A stretch of DNA of 64,000 bases from Tubiluchus corallicola (Eukaryota; Animalia; Priapulida), in assembly GCA_030141605.1 (NCBI GenBank), contig JAQGDQ010000095.1, positions 62,001 through 126,000 of the forward strand, read 5' to 3'. Position numbers and translations under genes: made by a program. The notes beneath the pieces are model-generated. The model was given only the letters and a program-made list of their open reading frames with translations. It ran no database searches and was not told where the DNA came from. This document shows positions 52,287 through 64,000 of the stretch, piece after piece. The number at the start of each line of letters is the position of its first letter. Position 1 is the first letter of the stretch.

Positions 52287-54120
52287 AGAAATAACCTTGC
52301 ATTTGACCTAAAAACCTTTCTTGGGCTGCCGCACTTTGCTTCATTTTCGTGTACACTTACGTTGTTTAGAAAAGTAAATTCGTGCCTGATCAAAGATCTC
52401 ACAGTTTCCAAGTCCATTTTTGCTCTCATTAGTAGATGATCTCCGGCTAAACAGACCGGCTATCTGAGAAGGCACGTATTTACGTGTGCTTGTTTCATCA
52501 CTTGAACCTCTCTTTTTGATCATCGTGATGAAACAAGAAACCACAATTTGTTCGGTAGACGTTATAGAGAAGTTTTGCTTGAGGCTACAACATCTAGTAT
52601 ATACATGAGACGTATGATGTAGCATTGTAAAATTACAACAAAGATAGCTGACGTAGCAATTGTAAATTGTAGAATTATGACGTTTAGAGTTTCACTTTAC
52701 CTAAGTCTTGTGTTTTACGTACATATTTAGATAGACATTTCGTTCCTAAGTCCAAGGATCTTATGTATAGTATACCTTCAGTATGACGTTGTTTCGTACT
52801 TAGCTCACACCTCAAGCTGACCCCTTAATTTTCAACAAGCTAGTTTAAACTTATAATGTCGCCTGGCTACTGGCCAATAATTATTTCAGGTGTCAGCAAG
52901 GGAGCTGAGACAAGGCAAGGCTCTTTTGGGTAGTTTTTGCTGCATTTTACGCAGGTGTGTTAAAAAGCTACCTCATTATCAGTTACACCTGCCTCGCGGT
53001 GGCGATTTTGGCTCTGACAAATGGATAGGGTAGAAACACATGAAAAAGCGGTGCATCGATATATCGAGTTACCTAGATCGTGGATCATAACTAGTCCTAT
53101 CCAGGTAGAAGTTAGAGCGGTACTTTTATTTCGTGATACCCTTTAGTTTTGGGGAGTTGTTATCCAGTTTCACCAGACCAGTAAAAGAAAGCAATATTAC
53201 CACAAAAGGCTTTCGTCTGTAAGATCATTGAATGAGTAATGTAATAGTAATGTAATAATGTAATAATATATGTAGCTCAAAATGGGACAAAAGTTGTAAC
53301 CTCTCGTGTCCTTACAAGCACGTGATGTCGAAAAGAATTTAAAGCAAAACGATGGAATAGCACTGAACGTGAAATGAAAAATGAAACAACGCAGGGCGTC
53401 ATGTAACTGATCACGTGACTTGCGCGATTAACGAGTAACAAAAAGTAAGGCTAGGCCTACGTGAGTAATTCTTCGTTACCTGGTGCGGTCAATTTGCGCG
53501 AAATCACTTACCAAGTCAATTCTGTAATATCTTTATGGTCAATTTGGTCACAGTCAGTGGAACGAAGTGTGTTAGATTGGTCACGCAACATGACAAATTT
53601 TCCATAACAAACTGCTTGTGGTATCTTATACTTGCACTGAACACACGTACGTTTTCAGCAGTAAAGCAAGAGAATCTTGATACAGATGACTTAGTTCCGG
53701 TACTCATGACATCATAACATTTTAGGGGTAATTTTTCAGACGCGTGTAAAACATTTATAGACCGTTTTTCAAACAGGCTTGATTTATGAAGCAAAATTTT
53801 TAAACATATAATCCACCTAACAAAACGATGTGTTACGTGGAAATGCTCTTTGAGTCTTAAATAAAGTTTTCATCCGTCTCTTCTTCAAAGATTTAAGTTT
53901 TCATTCATTTTCAATGAATTTCGTAATTGCAACCGAATTTTTTCGCGAAAGGAAAATCTCGCGTGGGTGCAAGATCGCACATTTGCCCAATGAAGACTTA
54001 ATATAATAACTGATCAGTTTTAAATTAAGTAAACATTGAATTTTTTTAATATGACTGTTCCTTTGTTTCCAGCTTACCATAATGCTTACAAGTTATAAGC
54101 ATACAGATATAGAGTGACTT

Positions 54121-54386
54121 CGATGCCATGTTAGGTTGATTGTGCAGCCGACGTTTTAAAAATTCAAAAACACAGGTTTTTCGAAAAAGAGTATGGTTTC
54201 ATCCGTTTTAATTACTTTTATGCTTTAAGGATAATTTGTTACACTAACCGCTATAGTAGTAAACTTGAATGAATACGCGCCTTAGTGCCTATTTGAGCTA
54301 AAAAGCGGATAACCCTACCTTTCCCGAACTCCGTGTTTTTTTTATTTTTAAAACATGCGTAATACAATCAAACTAGCATGGCGTCG
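54121..54386. mobile_element. Palindromic MITE-like element (family C)
   Basis: cgatgccatgttaggttgattgt (54121-) pairs with acaatcaaactagcatggcgtcg (-54386). Inner gttttaaaaattcaaaaacac pairs with gtgttttttttattttaaaac, and atccgttttaa with taaaaagcggat. True termini not resolved. Confidence 0.6.
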
Positions 54387-57300
54387 CAGCTATTTACTTC
54401 AGCTAACAGTTTTATCACCAAACTGAAACGTTTGCGTCGTAAACGCACAACCTCCTTTCTGTCCATTTTGTTCTTAGCTCGTTTTCATCTCATGTTATTG
54501 TTTTCGTCCCTTGACGATAATTGTTATCCTGTCAACTAAGCTCCGCGCTGTGAAATTTTAAAACATCCTTTGAGTTATCACGATTACAAAAGATGAAAGA
54601 AGATGTTCGGCTCCTGCAACTAATGTCAAATGAAGGAATGATTCATAAAGGCTCCCTACTCTTTTTACGTGTGTCATATTGACATTCAACCAAAGTAGCG
54701 TCGTTACGTAAGAATAATAATAATTCAGCTTCTCTCTGTTATCCTTGTGACCAGAGCTGTATCCGCGAGGAAAAAACTAAATTTTCGCAGTTCTGTCAGA
54801 ATGATTTCTACACTAATATACACATATACGGATTGAGTTAGCTTCGTTACCGGTGATTTGATTTGGAGTAGAAATTTTTGTGGATTCCGCCAAGAAAATT
54901 CTAGAAAATTCTAATTTATGTTAATAACAAACAATTGCTTGTCATTTTAAAATGATTGCAAGCAGACTATTTTGCCACAAGTTCAAGTAGCCAACTGAAA
55001 AGTTATTACATTTCAATCCAATTAAGAGTCACAATCTTTTTCCTTCCATTTTCCTTCTTCTCTTTTTACATCTCTTATTTTCTGATTCTTCTGTCTTTTT
55101 TATTCTATGTCTCATTCGTGCTTTTTCAAATTGTAATTAGCTTACCATTTGCAAGCTGATTAGGAATAGAGCAAAAATGACAACTGATTAACTGTAAAAT
55201 GCCATGTTCCGGCGATAGGGTAGAGGAGTAGTCTTTCTTTTTTTCTTTCCTCTTAATTCTTTACCTACTCCTCTTTACCTACGGGTTTAATTTTGCTTCA
55301 TTATCACTACGCTTTTATCTTTTTTTATAAATACTATCTTACCATTTGAGCACTTCTAGCAAATCGCAGACGTTACGCCTACATCATAAACAGAAGAACC
55401 ACGCCATACAAACTTGTCAAGACAACGCATCATTTACACCAAACAACGAAGAACCTGACATGGTACAAAACAAAAATGAGTGACTTTTGAGTGCGTCCAG
55501 ACTCCAGTACCCACCTTGGATCTATACTTCTGGCATGACTTGTTTTCGTTTATATTTATTTCCTCTTCTTTTTCACTTTTATAAAAGTTTTTGCGTCAGA
55601 AACTGCATTTTTCTCAGTACTGCATTAGTAATCGGTTTTTTAGGCCACAACCACATCAAGCCATGCAAGCAGGTGGTTCTGAGGAAATTGAGTTGAAACA
55701 CTGGAGCATTGATGAAAAAATCTAGCAATGAAATGATTTTCGCAGTAGTGCTTTATTATTGCACACTCTGCAGAGAATTATTTATATAACGGACAAAAAC
55801 ATCAAACGAAATCCCATTTGGAGATCAGGATATCATATAGTATTAAGCGAGAGTGATTTTGTGGTTCTCAATAAAAAAAGTTAATTATCTCTTCAGTTCA
55901 ATGTTAATTATTGTTTAGTTGTTGAAGTGTTCAGTATTGGTAGCATTATCAAATTGCTTTTATTTTTGTTTTTTGTTTTTTATACACTTTGTTTTCCCTG
56001 TCTCGCTACATACAGAATTTATACCTCGTGCTTTCGTCAAAAAATAGCAATGCGATTATGCTGAAAATGATAAGCCTCGAATTTCGTAAAATTGAAAATC
56101 CTGCAAGTTTGAGTAGCAGCAAATTTAAATTAGCAATAATAAAAATAATAGCGGAGAATTGAACGTACGACTTTTAGTCGAAGCCCGAGTGCCTGTTAAC
56201 CAGCTGAAGCTGTTGCTTTGCTTTTCCTACGGAAAATTTCATGCAACACGCCTCAAACTTGCATGCGAAATCTTCTCTCTCTCTTTCTCTTTCATTTCTT
56301 GTTCCGTTTTCTTCTTCTTTCATGAAACAAGCAAACCTTTCTTTGCTCGCTTTATCACGCTGTAGCAAAGATGATATTCTTAATACTAATATTTTCTAAA
56401 CTACTTTACTACTGGGTTTTTAGTTTTACATTTCCGGAGTCTGAAAAAATAGACACAATGTGAAAATTAAGTTTCTAAGTACACATACTATACGTATTCC
56501 AATCGAATCTGTTTTTCTTTTTTGAATTAAGGCTCATTAGTAGCGATTTTGTTATTAATTCTAAAAATAATCGTTAATGCTTTCTGAAGATAATTCAAGA
56601 CATACAAGTGACACGAGCATGAAAGAAATATACAATTTTCTTCATCTAATTCATATTAATTTTTCAAACAGCTTGCAGCTATAATAGGCCCATGTTGTTA
56701 TTTGATCTTACCTTAGACATTTGAAAGCGTGAAGACCACGGTAAATCTCCCGGGGCCATTATTACCCGCTACTTGTGTAAGGTTTCATGTTATTGTGTTC
56801 GGCTAGGTCGCAGGTTTTTGCTTGAATTTCTTTGTAGCTTTGATTAATTCTCTCCCTCTGGACATCACAAAAAACCGAGCGAGTTCTTGACAAAGAGGTG
56901 CGAAAGTCGTGTTATCTCTTTGCGTTATTGTCCACCTGCCTTGAAGCTTTTATAATCTGACATGGTGGACCATTGTTCTGCATGCGTGTAAACGTTGAGT
57001 AATAAGTCATTAGCTCCTGAATTCATAAAACGTGAAGTGCGACACCGTGTATGCTTTTTAATTTGGCCTTTGTGATTGTGCCTCGAAAAACAGCATCGTC
57101 AAAAGCAGTCTTTTGTTCGACTTGAATCTTTTTTCGGCCTGTCAGTACTTTTATGAATATGACAAATATAAATGTTGTGAAGAAAGTTTCAATTAGTGTA
57201 TAATAATGAAAATTTTAAAAATAAAATTGTTAGGGAAAAACGTTTACACACATTGATCCAAAAACAGTATGGAAATAAGAATGTGCTGTGAAATATCAGT

Positions 57301-60300
57301 AATATATTTAAAAACGTTCACCTCGTTTTGAGCCCTTTTTGGATGAAATTTTATTTTTTAATATCAAGAACAAGCATTTATACACTTTTGTTTTGTTTTC
57401 ATTACTATGACAGGTTATCAGAGCGCTCAAATAATTGGTTTTGAGTATGAAAAGGCAAAGTATTAATTTGGAGTAATGATAAAGGTGTTCAAAATAGCTA
57501 CAAAGTGACAATGATTTAGAACTTTGCACAGTCACTTCAAAAAAATCTGCTTGATAATTTTGCATAACAGAACCCTTCTTACTTTAGCTTGTCGGTCAAT
57601 CTTAATTAAAAGTAAATTTAAGAATAATAACTAATTCGTAAGTAAAGAAATTTTCGGAGCATTTTTAAAGTATTTTTAATAAATTTATATTAATATATAT
57701 TATTATAAGTCAATAATTAATAAAGTATCATGTAGAGATTGTAAACCAATGCAACCTGACCTACTACAATAAATTACCTCTAACGCACCGTATGCTACCA
57801 CATACATTTCGCCATTGATCAAAATAAAGGCAAGCTGTAAGACTAATAACAAAGCTGTTATTTTTACACAGTGATGTAATTAGTGGCTTCAAATCAGCCT
57901 TCAATGCAGCGCTTTGCTTTCTACAAACTGTTTGCTGTCAAAAACAGATGAGAGGTTCTGAATTCCATCAACAGGAGATAGCATTAACTTCATTAAGAGG
58001 CATCAACATAATAATTATAACAAGGTTGTGATAATTACTGGGCCGGTGGTCACGATACTACTTAATACCTGAAGCCTGTTCAATAATTACAATACCCGTT
58101 TTTGGACGAGTTTATCAGCATCGTAGCTATTATATTTCTGCCGGTTCAGTCTCCTTTTATAGGACCATTTTTGTTAAATGATTAGCTAAATCTAATTAAA
58201 GTAAAGAAGACGTTGTCGTTGTTGCTGAATTCCGGCATGCAGCGTGTCTCGAACAGAGTAAAAAATATGAATAACAAAAATATAATAAGGATAAAGTATG
58301 AATTCAATTAACGAAAATAATTTAGCTTACTATGGACATTTGAAAAATATACTTCGACTAAAGTAGCGAAAAATCATTCCATTGGGAACTCCGACAAGAC
58401 ACATTTTCACTGTAATCATTATTTGTAATATATAATGCTGTAAAATACTTTTGTATTTTTTCTGCAATTCATAATGTAATTAGTAACCTTTTCTGCGTGT
58501 ACGGCAATAAGTGTCAAAATTAGTATCAAATAATAAGCTATCTCTGCATTTAATGAGAGGACACGTCTGTTTACTATATTTGAAAGATATTTCGTATTAA
58601 CATTTTTCTTAAGGTCGGCAAGGGACGGCATTCAGCGTCGGCTACAACAAACATTTTTATCTTTTTAAAAGCTGCAAACAAGAACCAGTCGACAAAAATG
58701 GACGCGCCAAAACTAATGCTCGGTTTGTTAATTTATTTTTACATTTTTAGCACTGACTCGCATCTTACACACATATCGACATCAGGCTATTTTGCTAGCA
58801 TTTTAACCCTTTCACATTGTAGACTTAGAAGTGCGTGTCACCTTTACCCGAACTTGGAGGCTAATGAAAGGGCAGCTCTTCAGTCCAGACATATCAAACA
58901 TAGAGTTTGTTTGCATTAAAAGACTAACAAATATCACATGTGACGGAGGTCAATATCAAAGTAGGATATCAAACTACACCTATATATTAAATAAACGGAC
59001 ATGTTGACAGCTTTTTGCAGACATTGAACACGCTCAAATGAATTACACAGGGCTTTATAATGGTCATGTCGGTTTGAAATGTAGACCAGGCTTTTACCCA
59101 AAATGTGGTTACGCGCTATAGCAATCATAAAAATAATTATAGCATAAGATGTTCCAGTTTTCAAAATCACAATCTCCTATTTTTGACAAAGTCAGTAGTG
59201 GAAAAAATGCATTCGCGATTTCAAACAATTAAAGCCCACTACGATATTAAGGACTTTCGCTTAAGACACAGTCGTTAAAGTCTTGAACTATTCATAGCAC
59301 TACGAGGTTATTCGAAATCAAATGAGATTAATAGGTTTAGGGTTTAACCTGTTCAAAGTAGCATATTGCGAAACTGACTGTAGGAATTTTTGCCGGCTAA
59401 TTTGACTGCCTCTGCAATGTACACTTCTTCAATTAAAAGCCCTGATATTTTGTCCAAGGCAAGACCTGCTACAGACATGTTTGCCTAGCTTGACTAGCTA
59501 ACATTCTGAAGCAGTTTGTGCCGTGGGGTAACATTGCAAATGCACACATAATTGCTTAACCGTGCATATGAACAGCTTCTGAAGTTGACCACAGAAGAAA
59601 CGAAGTAATCAGTTGCAAAACAACATGCGGTCTACCTAATAACATTCGACAATGCGCCGGCACACGGCACTCACTCCGCTAATCTTTCAGCCGCAGAAAC
59701 ATAATAGTCTTCCCAGGCCATGGTTCAATAATTAGCACTGACGAAACGAAAAAAAATTGGGCTGATCACGAAAAAAAAACTTATTCAACAAAATTACTGC
59801 CTGAATACGCTTGTTGAATAATTATGTTTTTGATCAAGCACTAATAAACTGCAATCCAAACTTTGTATCAGAACACTGAACAATGGTTGAACTCGTGTAG
59901 AATATTTTTACGTACACATTCACCTCTTTAATTCGATCAGGCTAGTTCCTAAAATCGCCATCAGAATTGTAACGCTATGAAAAGAATTTTTGGTCAACAT
60001 GGCAGAGTTGCTCAGTGACTTTAGAAATCTGCCCACTGTGTATAACGTTTAGTATTTCACAAGTTTATGCATGTCAAAGCTAGCTGGCAGAGGATGAAGA
60101 ACTTGCTTAAAAAGGGTAACGCTATCACTTAGAGAATCCCTTTAGTGCCCAATCACTAAGCCCTAAACGAAAAGCCCACAAGCTCAAAGTTCACGGTGAG
60201 AGTAAGAAATCGCTAAAACTGGGAACTAATCAACGCCATTTATTACGGAAGTAAGGCCGGCTGTGCCATTGACATCGTAACTAATAGCAATTTGAAAAAG

Positions 60301-62336
60301 CCCAGAAGTGTCCAGGGTCTTGCAATTAACCGCTGATTATCTTCTACAGTTAATTAATAACCTATCTGCTCATCATTGTCATCACCTTTACCTTGGTAAG
60401 CTAACTTAGGGAAAGGCATGATGGAGTGACGGACAATACACGTACCACATTCCCTGTTGCACACAACACATTTCTGTTCAGCAAGAACCAGTACATAAGG
60501 GCCGACTGGTGTGTTCTTGTGAGTACTTGAATAGGTGGCTAAGGAAAAACTCGTATATGATTAGCTCCAGGCAGAAAAATTTCAGGGTAGACAATCAGAG
60601 ACAATGGTAGAAGAGAATATATACATGGTTCTTGTTAGTGAATGTCTCTGATAAACGTGTAATTCTGATGTGAAGTTGAAATCTGTTAAAATAACGCTTG
60701 CTTGGGACAAATAAAGTTAGAAAAAAATTCCAAGATATCACTTGAAAGTACAAGTTGAGAAGAGGGACACGCAGATGATGCGCTTGAGCCTCGAGTGCCA
60801 CAATGTTTAGATGCTTTACGCTCGCGTGCTACTCGCGAAAAAGTAAAATTTATAAAGCAAAAAATCCGAAAATCGGGCATACCCGATGCCAATAAGTGTA
60901 TGCACATTGGCTGAATACAAAAGATTGAAGCAAAATTAAAATTATTTGTATAAAAATCTTGCTTCACTCTTTATTCTTGCTTCACGGCGGCGGTTGGTGG
61001 CTTCGTATACTTTCGCGCTACTCCCACTTATTTTTTCGCAAATGGCCGCCACTGATATTAAAGAACGGCTCGTTTCCTCTTGCACAGTAGCAACAAAAGC
61101 GTTATAACCATACATTTCCTAGCTTTAAAGCCAAAATCATCTACGAGGCGTTTTGGGCCTTACACTACTAGCCTATAAAATTTTCCGGATCGAATGCAAC
61201 ATGGGATGTACGATTTTGCTGTTCAGAATGACTAATAATTATCACTCCCTTTTGTTTATGCGTTAGTAATCCGTAAAGCAACTTAGAAGTCTTAGAGCTT
61301 TTATTGACTATCAGAAACGTTCACTGCTGATCTACTGCTAGAGCTACTAATAGAAAAGAGTATACTACCTCCAGGAAACATTTGAAGGTGGATCATGACA
61401 GTGAACCAAGGCGTCGAATACTCCTGATAGGAATACTCGAGGTAACCGAATATATAAGCTTAGGTTTACCTTAACCTAGCCTAGGCAACATTAATATGTG
61501 AGAATTCTGCCAAAAATCGCTGACAGTTTAAGCGACAAATCCACTAACTCGCCCAGAAATTCGTGGCAGTGTAGGCCTAGGAGTATGTGAACCGTGAGGT
61601 TGCATAAAGCCAGCAACTTTACTGTTGAAAAAGTAACATTAATTTTAAGCTTTCACTTTACGGTTGTGCACCTTATATTAAATTTTGAGGATTAATTTTT
61701 CGCTTCTTTCAAGTCATTTTAAAACAGCAAATACATTTTGATGAAGATTATTGTTGCTTATACATGCAATAATATCAGCTACTTACGTTTATTTTTTACG
61801 TTTATATCATATGTTTTAGTATTCGCACAATCTTACAATTACGAAAATACTAATTTGTATTAAATAAAATTCTTTTCTTGGCATATTCACATTTGCTATT
61901 GCTTGCTAAATATTCGAATTAAAAGTCCTAAGGCTTTGAATTTCAAAATTCTTGAGAAATTGTGATTTATTCATCCAAAATACATTATGAATTCGTGATG
62001 CACGTATTTTGTGCACACTTGAAAACGACGAATTCTAGTGTATGCAGGTTCTGAGCACAGCATTTTTTTATTTAACTGCGTGTTGTAGACAGAAGTTTTA
62101 AGCCTTGAAGCCAAATTTTGATGAACTTCGGAGACGAAATGTAAAGCGTTACACATTCTCACTAAAGCCAACAGTCACTCAATTGACCACATTTTCTGGG
62201 AATTTTCGTGAAAATAAAATATGAACCCATGCATTTACCAATAACTGACTAATGAAGCCTAGCTATCGCATAAAAACTCGGTTTCTTTACAAAACTTTAA
62301 GCTAGCATCACCAATAATACAGGATTACGAATAGGT

Positions 62337-62377
62337 AATCTGTTGAATAGGAACACGAATCTGTTGAATAGGGCACG
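62337..62377. repeat. ~21-bp tandem duplication
   Basis: aatctgttgaataggaacacg / aatctgttgaatagggcacg. Confidence 0.8.
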
Positions 62378-64000
62378 CTAAATACCAAAATTTTAACGCT
62401 TAGTTAATTGCAAAAATAAAATAAAAACATGCTAGAAAAATATGAGAAATCGAGCCCCTACTTCAAGCTATATTCGAATATTTCAAAGTTTGAAACATCG
62501 AATGGGAAACGTGTCTGCAAACGACGGAAGTCGGTGGACATTGACCGTATCTTAAATTATTAATGGAGTGGACAAACGTAGAAAACGCCAGACGAGTCCA
62601 ATACATCAGTAACCCTTCTTTCTCTTGCAATATTGATTTATGTAGTCTCGCGACAACACACAATGCATGACATAATCAATTATTAGTGGCAGTGAAAACA
62701 ACACAATAGGATTCTGGGTCAACTGCGACTGCAAACGTTCTAGCAAGAGCGACGCTTTTGTCTTTCTTGGAATGGATGTAACATCTTAAAAGCATTGCAA
62801 ATTTAGCGCTGTTTACAGACAAGAAATGTAATAGACTGAGAATCGCACAAAAACGTCAAAAGGCGTGAAGGGATACTAAAGCAATGGCTTTTTAAGGGCA
62901 TTGATTCTAAGGCCAGTAAACATTGGTAACAAATGTATTCAACATTTTGAATTACTGGTCCTAATTTTGGAAAATGCTCAGCATACACTTGTTCCAATGA
63001 AAATCGTTATAAAACAAAGTTATGCCACGCGTTCTCAAACCACCACACCAATAACTATAAAACAGGACAATGTTCTTTCTAAAAAATATTAACAATTTCA
63101 GTTGAATAATTATTGTATATGCATATTGATTCTAGAATGTAATTATTCTAGAGATTAATTACAGTCCTAATAATAAGCAACATGTCAGGTACTCCAAGAA
63201 TCAGTGTGCGCACGTCACCTGGTGTCAAACTTCATAAATACAGTTACATATATTCCACTGACCAAATGCATTACAAGCTGCTAACTGATCAAATAAGGTA
63301 ATTATCAGAAACTTTACCAGAAATAACTATTTAAACAAAAGCTAAACTCATTAAAAATATTAAGAACAGCTTTTTTAGTTCCTTTGCTTATTTAAAATTT
63401 TTTTATAACAATAAGCATAAAATATCATAATTTAGTATGTGATGTGAAATTAGAGGGTTAATTAAGACCTGTTAATGTTAACGAGTTTTTAGCAATCTAC
63501 AAAATACAAACAGTGTCAACTTTTCTATTATTTTACAATATGATGATACCACTAACAATTGGCCTCAAGAATAAATCAACTCTCAATTTTATACAAAAAA
63601 CATCGTGCTCTTCAAAAGGAGCAAATGACGTAAAATTATTTATTAAAGAATTAACAAACAATGTGCAAAATAAGATTTGATTGATGTCAAACCACTATGG
63701 TCCTCAACATTCAAATAGAAAAGCTCAAACAGAAATTTCATGAAGAGACATAGTAGATGAAATCAGAAAAGAATGCAAAACACTATGATCGAAACTTTGT
63801 GCAGAAAATAAAGTGTACAACATTAGCACATCAAGAAAGTAGAATTCCATTTCTAAACATACCAAAAAAATTAACATTTACGTGTATCACATTCTTAAAC
63901 TATGTACTAATGCAGTTATTAATTGTGAGAGTTAAGGTAGGACTCCCTGTGCACGTGATTGTTAGTGCATTTACAACATGAAAGTGTTTCCGTATGTACG

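Noticed and set aside
56040-56370. Inverted 12-mer tgcaagtttgag / ctcaaacttgca
   Set aside because: Probably a decayed foldback, but the boundaries and family cannot be established.

Overview
AT-rich metazoan genomic DNA (spliceosomal introns; probably a protostome invertebrate). The only supportable protein-coding gene is a + strand BCL11A/BCL11B (CTIP)-family zinc-finger transcription factor. Two of its coding exons are visible: an internal exon at 35980-36366 (CCHC finger) and a large terminal exon at 39925-41930 (six further fingers). They join in frame through a phase-1 GT-AG intron and give about 797 aa without the first exon. I did not find the canonical MSRRKQ first exon, so most of 1-35979 is probably a long first intron; a possible alternative first exon lies at 25228-25261. 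The rest is non-coding: non-autonomous DNA transposons (TTAA-flanked Kolobok/T2-like MITEs, HINE/Helentron-like elements, foldbacks), microsatellites and putative enhancer islands. I see no prokaryotic-type system, RNA gene or CRISPR array. The two most interesting hypotheses concern splicing. First, an inverted MITE pair ends on the likely branch point of the frame-symmetric CCHC exon. Second, an internal GTGAGT donor sits at the position used by the human BCL11A-L isoform. All alignments and counts were done by eye.
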